43,466 bases of DNA from Bacteroidales bacterium (lineage in GTDB: Bacteria > Bacteroidota > Bacteroidia > Bacteroidales > WCHB1-69). Position numbers and translations under genes: made by a program. The notes below the pieces were generated by a model. It had not been told where the DNA came from. It did no database searches and worked only from the letters and a program-made list of their open reading frames with translations. Numbering within the stretch: position 1 is the stretch's first letter; each line of letters begins with the position of its first letter. The stretch is from positions 1-43,466 of the forward strand of contig JAKSMF010000002.1 in the NCBI GenBank assembly GCA_024400775.1, given 5' to 3'. Shown here in pieces: positions 16,305 through 23,888 of this stretch.

Positions 16305-16650
16305 AAATTTTAGGTGGGGTAATTTGTTGATTTTCAGTGTGTTATATAAATCAGTTTATTCCCAATCTTTGAATTTGCTCATATCGCAACATATTGTAAA
16401 CCAGACTCGTCAGGATGTTTCTGGAGGCGTTTCGCGCCAAACCGACGGCGCGGCTGAACATCCCGTGCATACTTTGTTCGCAATAGCCGAACACGTGTTC
16501 AACCCGAGCACGCGGGGTGGCGTTTTCCCGTCAGCTGGTTCTTGAACACCCAGGTCGTTCTGGCATCCGGAACCTTGTCACCGCTCGCCAGTCCGAGGAA
16601 ATTCCGGAAACTCGTCCTGTCAACAATTTTTGCACTCGTGATTGGTATTC
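16305..16650 (-). pseudogene. Internally deleted IS5-family transposase relic
   Basis: The minus strand reads ITSAKIVDRTSFRNFLGLASGDKVPDARTTWVFKNQLTGK (DUF772-like N-terminus). After a frame break it reads PRARVEHVFGYCEQSMHGMFSRAVGLARNASRNILTSLVYNMLRYEQIQRLGIN, with the stop at 16351-16353. The DDE core is missing. Confidence 0.75.
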
Positions 16651-16713
16651 ATAGAAGGAAACCGTGGAGAGTTTTTTTGCTTCTAAATTACTGAATATCA
16701 ATCACTTTATCAA

Positions 16714-16753
16714 GAAAACAACAAAAAAGTTACCAACAAAATTTGTTGATAAC
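16714..16753 (-). terminator. Rho-independent terminator after paralog P3
   Basis: Near-palindrome gttaccaacaaa(16729-16740)/tttgttgataac(16742-16753), followed on the minus strand by a U-rich run (+ strand gaaaacaacaaaaaa). Confidence 0.6.
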
Positions 16754-16852
16754 TATCTATATAACAACGGATTAGACGAAAATTTCAATTTTTGTCATGT
16801 ACTAAGCGGGAAAGCTGTATTTTGAATATCTCATAACCTTTTGTATTTATTT

Positions 16853-18001
16853 TCATTCATCTAAAACGACCCAAACACTACCTTTACAGCCATAATACGG
16901 ATCCTCTTGACAAAAATCTGCCGCACAATTTGTATGCGTTCTTACGCGCCTCGGTTGGATTTCATTAGCAGAACTTGCATAATGGGAAATGTATGTGGCA
17001 TCTTCCGAAGGCAGATCTTCATCCAGCCGACGAATGACCAATGCCTCAAATTGTGGATAGTAACGATATTTGTATGTCCCTTCAAAGTACCAACAGCCCG
17101 AACCATAACCGGCCTCCGATTCCGGCATTGAAACGAAGGTCGAATCCGCAAAAGTAATGGTATAGGTATGAGGGAACTCCGTATAAGGCAGTGTCGCCGC
17201 ATTTTCATAAATTATCCGATAGGTTTTATTGGCAAGTGAAAAATCCTGGGCAGTGCTGTCAGTTTTCGCATACCCGATGTTGATGACGCCATTTGTGTAT
17301 AACGGATAGATGGTCCCATCCAAGTGCTCGTGATTTACAGTGGTCGCCCAGTCACTTTTTTTTACTTGTCCGTCATCCGTAATATATGCCCAAAGGGACA
17401 GATCGTCTGTTGCGCTAAAGAGGCCTTCGCCGCCGCGCGCATCTTTTTCAGTGCCGTGTGCCGTGGAAGTAAGCAGCCGTATCTCGCATTCGCGGCCCGC
17501 ACCTTCCGTGCAGACGATTTTGCGGCTCAACGTGCTGCCGCCCACACTTGAATGCAGGAAATAGACACCACTGTGGGGAAAGCTCAGCCTCAGCTCGTGC
17601 GTGCCGGCGGGCAGCGCCAGCGACTGCCGCAGGCAAAGTCGCCCCTGCAAGTCGTAAACCGAAAAGACCGCGTCGCCAGACTGCGCATTACCGAAACGTA
17701 TGGTCGTATTCCCCTGACAGGGATTCGGGAAGTTCTCCAAAAAGTCTGGCCCGAAGCCCGTCTCATATCCGGGAATCGCGTTCGTGCAGTTGCTTAGTAT
17801 CGTGTCGGGATAATAAAGCCAGAAGGTGGTGTGACGAGTTTTGTTCCGCACCTCCACGCTGTCCCACGGAATCGGCACGCCGTTCATATAGGTACGGATA
17901 ACCGCCGTAGCGCAACTATCCTGCGACTTTCCCTGGAAGCCGAAGCCTCCCGCCACTAACAGCGCGAGAACGAGGGCTTTGAAAAAAATGTTGTGTTTCA
18001 T
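16853..18001 (-). CDS. Hypothetical secreted protein, paralog P3, with an internal T9SS-CTD-like segment
   Basis: 382 aa. Signal MKHNIFFKALVLALLVAGG is nearly identical in DNA to P1. LENFPNPCQGNTTIRF...GVYFLHSSVGGSTLSRKIV lies at aa 88-163, not at the C-terminus. Confidence 0.7.
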   Translation of the reverse strand: MKHNIFFKALVLALLVAGGFGFQGKSQDSCATAVIRTYMNGVPIPWDSVEVRNKTRHTTFWLYYPDTILSNCTNAIPGYETGFGPDFLENFPNPCQGNTTIRFGNAQSGDAVFSVYDLQGRLCLRQSLALPAGTHELRLSFPHSGVYFLHSSVGGSTLSRKIVCTEGAGRECEIRLLTSTAHGTEKDARGGEGLFSATDDLSLWAYITDDGQVKKSDWATTVNHEHLDGTIYPLYTNGVINIGYAKTDSTAQDFSLANKTYRIIYENAATLPYTEFPHTYTITFADSTFVSMPESEAGYGSGCWYFEGTYKYRYYPQFEALVIRRLDEDLPSEDATYISHYASSANEIQPRRVRTHTNCAADFCQEDPYYGCKGSVWVVLDE

Positions 18002-18108
18002 AATACTGATTTATTTGGTGTTATGGATACTTCTATTTTCAACTTTTCGCGCTGGCACTCTGAACTTTGCGAAGTCCGTTAGGCAAAATCCAAAGTAAAC
18101 AGCGGGTG

Positions 18109-18116
18109 CAAAGATA
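18109..18116 (-). promoter_or_regulatory. -7 box (TATCTTTG on the minus strand) upstream of P3
   Basis: The + strand reads caaagata, about 108 nt upstream of the ATG at 18001. Confidence 0.45.
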
Positions 18117-18144
18117 TAGATTTTTCTTCTCTTTTCTACTTTTT

Positions 18145-18340
18145 TACTAAAATTTTTATGGTGTGTAATGTATTGAATATCAATATGTTAATAATACTAA
18201 TTCATTCCTAATCTTACAATTTGTTCGCAAAAGCCGGACACGTGTTCCACCCTTACGTGCGTCATTGAGTTTTAATTATCTGATTATTAATGTGTTATAA
18301 ATCGTTATTTTCAATCTGTTTTCACTCATTTAAAGATGAG
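18145..18340 (-). mobile_element. Two further degraded IS5-type 3' end relics in tandem
   Basis: Minus strand 18197-18262 reads THVRVEHVSGFCEQIVRLGMN then stop. A second relic sits at about 18285-18330 (gtgttataaatcgttattttcaatc versus gtgttatataaatcagtttattcccaatc at 16341). Confidence 0.6.
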
Positions 18341-18417
18341 TTTGTGATGAAATTCGCATTTTCAACGTGTTTTCACCTGCCTAAAAGAAGTTTTGTCAAC
18401 GCCGCAAGGTGTATGCG

Positions 18418-18530
18418 AAAAATCAATTTCCCGCCCGCCGAAAAAAGTTAAGAAACTAAGAAGTGAAGATGTTAAGAAGCAGGATGCAGGAAGCAATAAG
18501 CAGCAAGGTCAAAGGTCAATGTCACAAATG
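18418..18530 (+). repeat. Purine-rich intergenic module, copy B
   Basis: The first ~80 nt are identical to 7591-7670. It carries insertions aataagc and aatgtc relative to copy A. Confidence 0.9.
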
Positions 18531-18681
18531 CCGTGACCTGCACCCCAGAACTGCACAATCAAGCCATCTCCTAAAAAGAGAACAATAAAGAAAAGATTTA
18601 CTCCGTATATACTCTAAATTTACTTTCCCACCGCAGTAGGCGGAAAAAACTTTGAAGTTAGGAGGCGCTTCCCGCTTGCTT

Positions 18682-18719
18682 AATTTTCAATTTCCAACTT
18701 TCAATTTTCAATTTGAAAG
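18682..18719 (+). repeat. TTCAA-word element, copy 3
   Basis: aattttcaatttccaactttcaattttcaatttgaaag encodes the last codons (FQIEN) and the stop (18701-18703) of the GT2 gene. Confidence 0.8.
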
Positions 18720-19450
18720 ATTTTCGATTTCCCGATGCCCCACTTTTGCCAGCGGTAGCAGAACGAGGTGTGGATGACGCCGAAGCCGTATTTGCAACTC
18801 CGCTTGAAGTTGATGGATGAGGCCTCCGGGAAGTATTTGGTCGGACAGGTGATTTCGGCAATTTCATAGCCGGCATAAAAAATCTGCGCCAGCATTTGGT
18901 TGTCGAAAACGAAGTCGTCGTCGTCAGCCATAAAGTTGATGTTTTCCAAGACCTCTTTTGAAAAAGCGCGGTAGCCAGTGTGGTATTCTGCCAGTTTTTG
19001 GTTCATCACAAAGTTTTGTAACGCGGTCAGACAGCGGTTGAAGAAGTACTTGTAGCGTGGCATGCCGCCGTTGAGCGCGCCCTTGCCGAGAATGCGCGAA
19101 CCCAAAACCACGGGATAAACACCGTTGGCAATCAGATAACACATCGATTCGATGAGGCGCGGGTCGTACTGGTAGTCGGGATGCAGCATCACCACGATGT
19201 CGGCACCGAGCGACAAGGCCGTCTGATAGCAGGTTTTCTGATTTCCACCGTAACCTTTGTTCTTGTCATGACGGATAATATGCCGAATACCAAGCTGTTC
19301 TCCGATTCTCGTTGTGGCATCCGATGAGTGGTCATCCACTAAAACCACCTCATCCACGATGTCGAAAGGGATTTCTTTGTAGGTTTTTTCGAGGGTTTCA
19401 GCGGCATTATATGCTGGAAGAACTACGCAGATTTTCTTATTTTTTAGCAT
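18701..19450 (-). CDS. Family 2 glycosyltransferase
   Basis: 249 aa with the GT2 N-terminal pattern ICVVLPAYNAAETLEKTYKEIP...VVLVDDHSSDAT. Overlaps the upstream gene by 14 nt. Confidence 0.85.
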   Translation of the reverse strand: MLKNKKICVVLPAYNAAETLEKTYKEIPFDIVDEVVLVDDHSSDATTRIGEQLGIRHIIRHDKNKGYGGNQKTCYQTALSLGADIVVMLHPDYQYDPRLIESMCYLIANGVYPVVLGSRILGKGALNGGMPRYKYFFNRCLTALQNFVMNQKLAEYHTGYRAFSKEVLENINFMADDDDFVFDNQMLAQIFYAGYEIAEITCPTKYFPEASSINFKRSCKYGFGVIHTSFCYRWQKWGIGKSKIFQIEN

Positions 19451-21299
19451 GACTTGTGGTTTTCGGTTTTAGCGCATCAATGGCGTTCAGAATGTTTCTG
19501 TCTTTGTGATACACGTCGTTACGGTAATTTACGTCGCCGTTGGCTCCGATGAAGGCGGTGTAGTATTCAATGAAGACGGGCATCCGTTTGCGCAGGCCGA
19601 GATTGGTGGGCCGCAGCGGGCGGTAGAAGAGGGAGTCGTCACCGGTCAGCCCAAGGCGGTATTCCTCCTCTTTTTCCTGCATTTTTTCCAAATATTCGGT
19701 ACCCTCCTCAGTCCACGGTTCCTGTCCGACGGTAATCATCACCTGCTCCCAGCGTGTGGTGTCGTAGTCGTTCATCGTGAGGATGAGTTTCGCCAAAGAG
19801 TCGGGTTCGCAAACGCGGATGCAGCCGTGACTGACCGCGCGCACACGCCGCCGGAATGCGCCCGGATTGTTGGTGCTGTGCAGATACACCGATTCGGAAT
19901 TGCTGATGTTGAATTTGTAAAGTCCTAACGCATTGTGCTTTCCGGACGTTTGGATAATCTGGTACGGGATGTTGTTCTGGCTCACTTTCTTCCAGTCGAT
20001 GCTTTCGGGCCGCACCTGCTTTTTCGTGCGCCCATCCACAAAGTAGAGCTTTTCCTTGTTGGTAACGCCCATTGCATTTCGCGTCATTTTGTAGTAATAC
20101 TCATCCTTGATGATGCTGTAGGGCACTTTCCATTCCGGGTTGAGCACGATGCTGTAGATTTCGCTATACAGCAGCGGCGATTCCGTTCTGGCGGCGGGCA
20201 GAATGCCGTTCACGCGGCAGGAGTCCTCGTTTTTGCGGTTGACGCTCCGGCCGCAGCAAATCTTCATGCGTAGCGCGACCGTATCGGCACTGCGTGCTTC
20301 CAGCATAAAGTCGGGAATGTTCACTGCGACGAAGTCAGAGCCTTTTTTGTGCTTCGTCTGCCAGCGGCAGCGCTCGAGGTTGGCCGCCAGCTGGTCGATG
20401 TACTCCTGCGGCTTTTTGTTTAGCGCAGTGAAGGTCTCTTCGTCTAAATGACGGCTGGTGGGGATGCCGCGATTTTCGCGAAAGCGGTTGATGGCGGGCA
20501 TTAGCACGCGGCCGAGCGTGTCCGACGGCACGTAGGTGGAGGTGATTTCTTCCAATTGCAGCAGTCGCTTGCCGATGCGGCTGACATTCTTGACGCAATG
20601 TCCGGAGTCGGCGGAAAAGGCGGGAATGGAATCCCACGCCTGTTCGCGCAGCGCCAGAAACTTGCGCATTTCACCCTGCAACGCCAAATATACCGAGTCG
20701 GTGGGATGCAGCGACATCAGGTAGTGCGTGCCTTCGCGCGAGGCTTTCAACGCATCCGTCACAAAATCCGTTCGCAGACTGTCCATCGCGTACTTCCACT
20801 TGCCGCCGTTGACTTCCTTCGGATCCGTCGCACCGTACTTCATCGTTTTGGCATACAAAACGTTGGCACGTGTCAACTGCACTTCAATCTCCGCCAGCAA
20901 CCGGTATAGTTCTTCAGAACTGCCGACCTCATTATTCTGGATTTTTCTTATATCATTATTGATAATCTGATAACCAAATATTTCGGGCGAAAGTCCGTGC
21001 TCTTCGGATTTTGCGTAGAGTTCCAAAAACTGTTTGGTCAGATGCTCCTGCAAGCCGTTGGCCGTCCAGATGGCCGAACCGTTGTCGGAATAAAACGACT
21101 TTACTATAGACGAAAACATCAACTCATCGTCGGACAATGAGTTGATGTTTTTTTGTAGGTATTCTTGATAATCCTTATCGTTGTAATATTTATGAAAAGC
21201 GGTCCAATCGGGTACATTTTCGAGTTGACCATGTTTGCAGCCGGTGATTAGCAGCAGAAGAAGACCAACCGTTAGGAATATGTGGGCGATGGATTTCAT
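19437..21299 (-). CDS. L,D-transpeptidase (YkuD-domain) lipoprotein, YcbB-like
   Basis: 620 aa. Lipoprotein signal LLLLITGC and the YkuD catalytic motif VYLHSTNNPGAFRRRVRAVSHGCIRV. Confidence 0.8.
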   Translation of the reverse strand: MKSIAHIFLTVGLLLLLITGCKHGQLENVPDWTAFHKYYNDKDYQEYLQKNINSLSDDELMFSSIVKSFYSDNGSAIWTANGLQEHLTKQFLELYAKSEEHGLSPEIFGYQIINNDIRKIQNNEVGSSEELYRLLAEIEVQLTRANVLYAKTMKYGATDPKEVNGGKWKYAMDSLRTDFVTDALKASREGTHYLMSLHPTDSVYLALQGEMRKFLALREQAWDSIPAFSADSGHCVKNVSRIGKRLLQLEEITSTYVPSDTLGRVLMPAINRFRENRGIPTSRHLDEETFTALNKKPQEYIDQLAANLERCRWQTKHKKGSDFVAVNIPDFMLEARSADTVALRMKICCGRSVNRKNEDSCRVNGILPAARTESPLLYSEIYSIVLNPEWKVPYSIIKDEYYYKMTRNAMGVTNKEKLYFVDGRTKKQVRPESIDWKKVSQNNIPYQIIQTSGKHNALGLYKFNISNSESVYLHSTNNPGAFRRRVRAVSHGCIRVCEPDSLAKLILTMNDYDTTRWEQVMITVGQEPWTEEGTEYLEKMQEKEEEYRLGLTGDDSLFYRPLRPTNLGLRKRMPVFIEYYTAFIGANGDVNYRNDVYHKDRNILNAIDALKPKTTSHAKK

Positions 21300-21378
21300 G
21301 AATTAGGTTATAAGAGATTGGGTTATGAGGTTATGAGAGATTGGGTAATGAGAGATGAGAGGTTTAGGATAAGGGTAG
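21298..21378. repeat. 81-nt C-free (+) / G-free (mRNA) word-repeat spacer abutting the L,D-transpeptidase ATG
   Basis: aattaggttataagagattgggttatgaggttatgagagattgggtaatgagagatgagaggtttaggataagggtag. The whole 89-nt intercistronic gap has a single C. Confidence 0.9.
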
Positions 21379-21388
21379 CAAGGTGGAT

Positions 21389-22702
21389 TTATTGATGATT
21401 TTCGTGGAACAATTTTGCGCGTTCTTCGAGTGCCGGGAACTGGTTGCGGTTGACGAGGGAAACGCAGGCGCGGAGACCTTCGGTGCGCGTACTGTTGCAG
21501 GAAGAGAGTGAAATGGCGCTGATGCCGTAATACATCAAGTCGTGCAACAACTGTTCGCCCGTAAGTCCGGGATAGCTGAGGGTGAAGTAGAAGCCGTCGG
21601 CAATCTCTTCGTCGCCATCGTGGTCGTAAACGATCTTGAAACCGTTGTCGGTGAAGATTTTCTTCATGATGTGAGCTTTTTCGGCATACTCGCGCACATC
21701 GTCAAGATAGTTGTAAGTGCCGTCGTTGCAAGCTTTTAAGATTGCGGTGAGGGCAAATTGTGCGGAGTGTGAAGTGCCGGAGCTGACTGCATAAACGGCG
21801 CCGTTGATCATGGCACGTTTCAAAATCGGGGTGCAGAAATAGGGGACGAGGTCCGGAAATTCGCGAGCACCGAATTTGTCGGAAATGGCCAGTACAGCGA
21901 TACGTTCGCCGGCATAGCTGAAAGCCTTGGAACCGGAAATCATCAACGCGTAGTTGTCGGTGTATTTGCCGACGGAAGGCTGGAAGGGCGGAACGCCGGG
22001 TTTGGAAATGTCACGACGGAAGTCCATGCCGAAGTAGGCGAGGTCTTCGATTACGCACACGTCATATTTCGTCGCCAACTCACCGATAATGCGGAGTTCT
22101 TCATCGGTAAAACAAACCCATGACGGATTGTTGGGGTTGGAATAGATGATGGAGTGGATGTTGCCTTTTTGGAGATAGCTTTCCAGCTTGTCGCGCAGTT
22201 TGGCACCACGGAAGTCGTAAACATCGAAGGTTTCGTACTTGAGACCGAGGATTTTGTGCTGGTTTTTCTGTACCGGGAAGCCGGGGTCGATGAAGAGGGT
22301 GGTGTCTTTCTGCTTTTCGCGACGAGCGAGCGTCATGAAGCTGACGAGGCCGGCCATCATGGAACCAACGGTGGGAAAGCAGGATTCCGGAGCTACATCC
22401 AAGTCGATGAAGTTCTTGATGAAACGAGAAGCTTCGGCTCTCAATTCAGGCGTGCCGTCCAGGTCGGGATAGATGGTGGCAATGCCGCCTTGAAGTGCTT
22501 TGATCTGCGCATCAACGCCGATTTTGCAGGCCGGGATGCCGGGAATGCCCATCTCCATACGCACGAATTTGACGCCGGAAGCGTTTTCAATGTCGTTGAT
22601 GAGACGTTTGATTTCACGAATAGAGGCTTTGCCAACCTCTTTAATGCCGTTTTGGGCAATCATCTTGTCAACAAGATTAGTGTCGATAGGTGTGTTTTTC
22701 AC
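21389..22702 (-). CDS. PLP-dependent aminotransferase (class I/II fold)
   Basis: 437 aa. IIYSNPNNPSW, and SGSKAFSYAGERIAV as the likely PLP-lysine region. Substrate is not assignable from the sequence. Confidence 0.75.
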   Translation of the reverse strand: MKNTPIDTNLVDKMIAQNGIKEVGKASIREIKRLINDIENASGVKFVRMEMGIPGIPACKIGVDAQIKALQGGIATIYPDLDGTPELRAEASRFIKNFIDLDVAPESCFPTVGSMMAGLVSFMTLARREKQKDTTLFIDPGFPVQKNQHKILGLKYETFDVYDFRGAKLRDKLESYLQKGNIHSIIYSNPNNPSWVCFTDEELRIIGELATKYDVCVIEDLAYFGMDFRRDISKPGVPPFQPSVGKYTDNYALMISGSKAFSYAGERIAVLAISDKFGAREFPDLVPYFCTPILKRAMINGAVYAVSSGTSHSAQFALTAILKACNDGTYNYLDDVREYAEKAHIMKKIFTDNGFKIVYDHDGDEEIADGFYFTLSYPGLTGEQLLHDLMYYGISAISLSSCNSTRTEGLRACVSLVNRNQFPALEERAKLFHENHQ

Positions 22703-22762
22703 GATATGTATGTTTTTAATTTGTTGCAGATTAAATAATTATCCATCTTCACAAAATCGGTG

Positions 22763-22770
22763 CAAAGTTA
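22763..22770 (-). promoter_or_regulatory. -7 box (TAACTTTG on the minus strand) for the aminotransferase operon
   Basis: The + strand reads caaagtta and overlaps the stop codon of the upstream gene. It lies 61 nt from the ATG at 22702. Confidence 0.55.
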
Positions 22771-23886
22771 CATATTTTTTTTCAGTTGGAAGGCCATAAT
22801 TTCTTCCTCGGTCATGTTCATCAAATAATCCAACACGGTGGGCCAGTCGGGAAAGCGTTCGCTGCCGAACTGAATCAATCTATCGCTGAACGCGTCAGCA
22901 CCGTTTTTCGTGCGGTCGTCAATGAGAAAAGCGCCGCGGTTGAGCTCTTTGTGGTGCGAAAGGATGAGCCTTTTGTATGCCGGCGTCCCATCTTCGATCC
23001 CGAAATACTTTTGCACCCAATGTTGTTTGTCGATCGGGGCGGTCGGATTGCGCCACGGGGCGGTTGATAAGATGTAAACATCGAATTTCTTCGATAGTTT
23101 GCAGAAGGCTTCAACGGCGCCGGGCATCGGATCCATGCGGCTGAAAATGCCGGGCACCTCATCGTACGAACCGTCGTATTGCAGTCTTTCCATCGCCGTC
23201 AGCCGTGCTACACCAGTTCCGAAATCCACCAGTGTATTGTCCATGTCAATGTAAACAATCGGCTTCTGAGCAAAAGTCGAAACCGATTCCGCTTTTGCGT
23301 CTTCTTGCTGCTTAAAGTATGCAAATGCTTGATTAAAAGCGTCTAACAAAACTTTTTGTTCCAAATGCGCATGTCCGCCCTCTACCCAAATGCAGTTGGA
23401 TGCGGACACCCGCCCGTTGCCGGCATCGCCATATCGCGCAGCAAAAAAGTCGTGATACTGCAGAAGTTCATCATTTTTGGCAAAAATACCAAAAATCTTG
23501 TCCGGCGTATTATCACGACTTACCTCATAAATATTGTATTCTACCGCACGACAGTTTTCCAGTGCGTCTTGCGGAATTTCCGCTATCCTGGGCAACACTT
23601 CCGAAGGAATACAACATGGATTGATGAAGATTTTATTCACCATCTTTCCTGTTTCTTTATCTTTTTTTATAAAAAGATTGTAGATGCTGCCTAAGGAAGA
23701 GGAAACCACAGTGTCGATTTGTTCATCCTTCAACACTCTTTTTATATGCTCATAACATGCTGTAACATTCGTTAATTCAAATGTTTCCAAAACCCAGTGG
23801 TATTCGGGAAAGAGCTTTTTGAGCATGTTGCCGGTATAGGAGTCCCTGTTGCTTCCAAAACCGTGTATGTAGAGGATGTTTTTCAT
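22768..23886 (-). CDS. Fusion protein: YqiA-like alpha/beta hydrolase + NT5C-type HAD 5'(3')-deoxyribonucleotidase
   Basis: 372 aa. N-terminus ILYIHGFGSNRDS...VVSSSLGS. The C-terminal half has the HAD motif I VYIDMDNTLVDF and ends ...LIDDRTKNG. Confidence 0.65.
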   Translation of the reverse strand: MKNILYIHGFGSNRDSYTGNMLKKLFPEYHWVLETFELTNVTACYEHIKRVLKDEQIDTVVSSSLGSIYNLFIKKDKETGKMVNKIFINPCCIPSEVLPRIAEIPQDALENCRAVEYNIYEVSRDNTPDKIFGIFAKNDELLQYHDFFAARYGDAGNGRVSASNCIWVEGGHAHLEQKVLLDAFNQAFAYFKQQEDAKAESVSTFAQKPIVYIDMDNTLVDFGTGVARLTAMERLQYDGSYDEVPGIFSRMDPMPGAVEAFCKLSKKFDVYILSTAPWRNPTAPIDKQHWVQKYFGIEDGTPAYKRLILSHHKELNRGAFLIDDRTKNGADAFSDRLIQFGSERFPDWPTVLDYLMNMTEEEIMAFQLKKNM

Positions 23887-23888
23887 TT

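Noticed and set aside
16288-16545. 85-aa + strand ORF
   Set aside because: It is antisense to the IS5 transposase relic, whose minus-strand translation (RARVEHVFG...RLGIN) is clearly the real former coding frame.
12120-18001. Diversity-generating retroelement or shufflon as the explanation for the conserved-5'/variable-body paralogs
   Set aside because: The window has no reverse transcriptase, template repeat or invertase/recombinase gene. Divergence spans whole domains and is not adenine-targeted.
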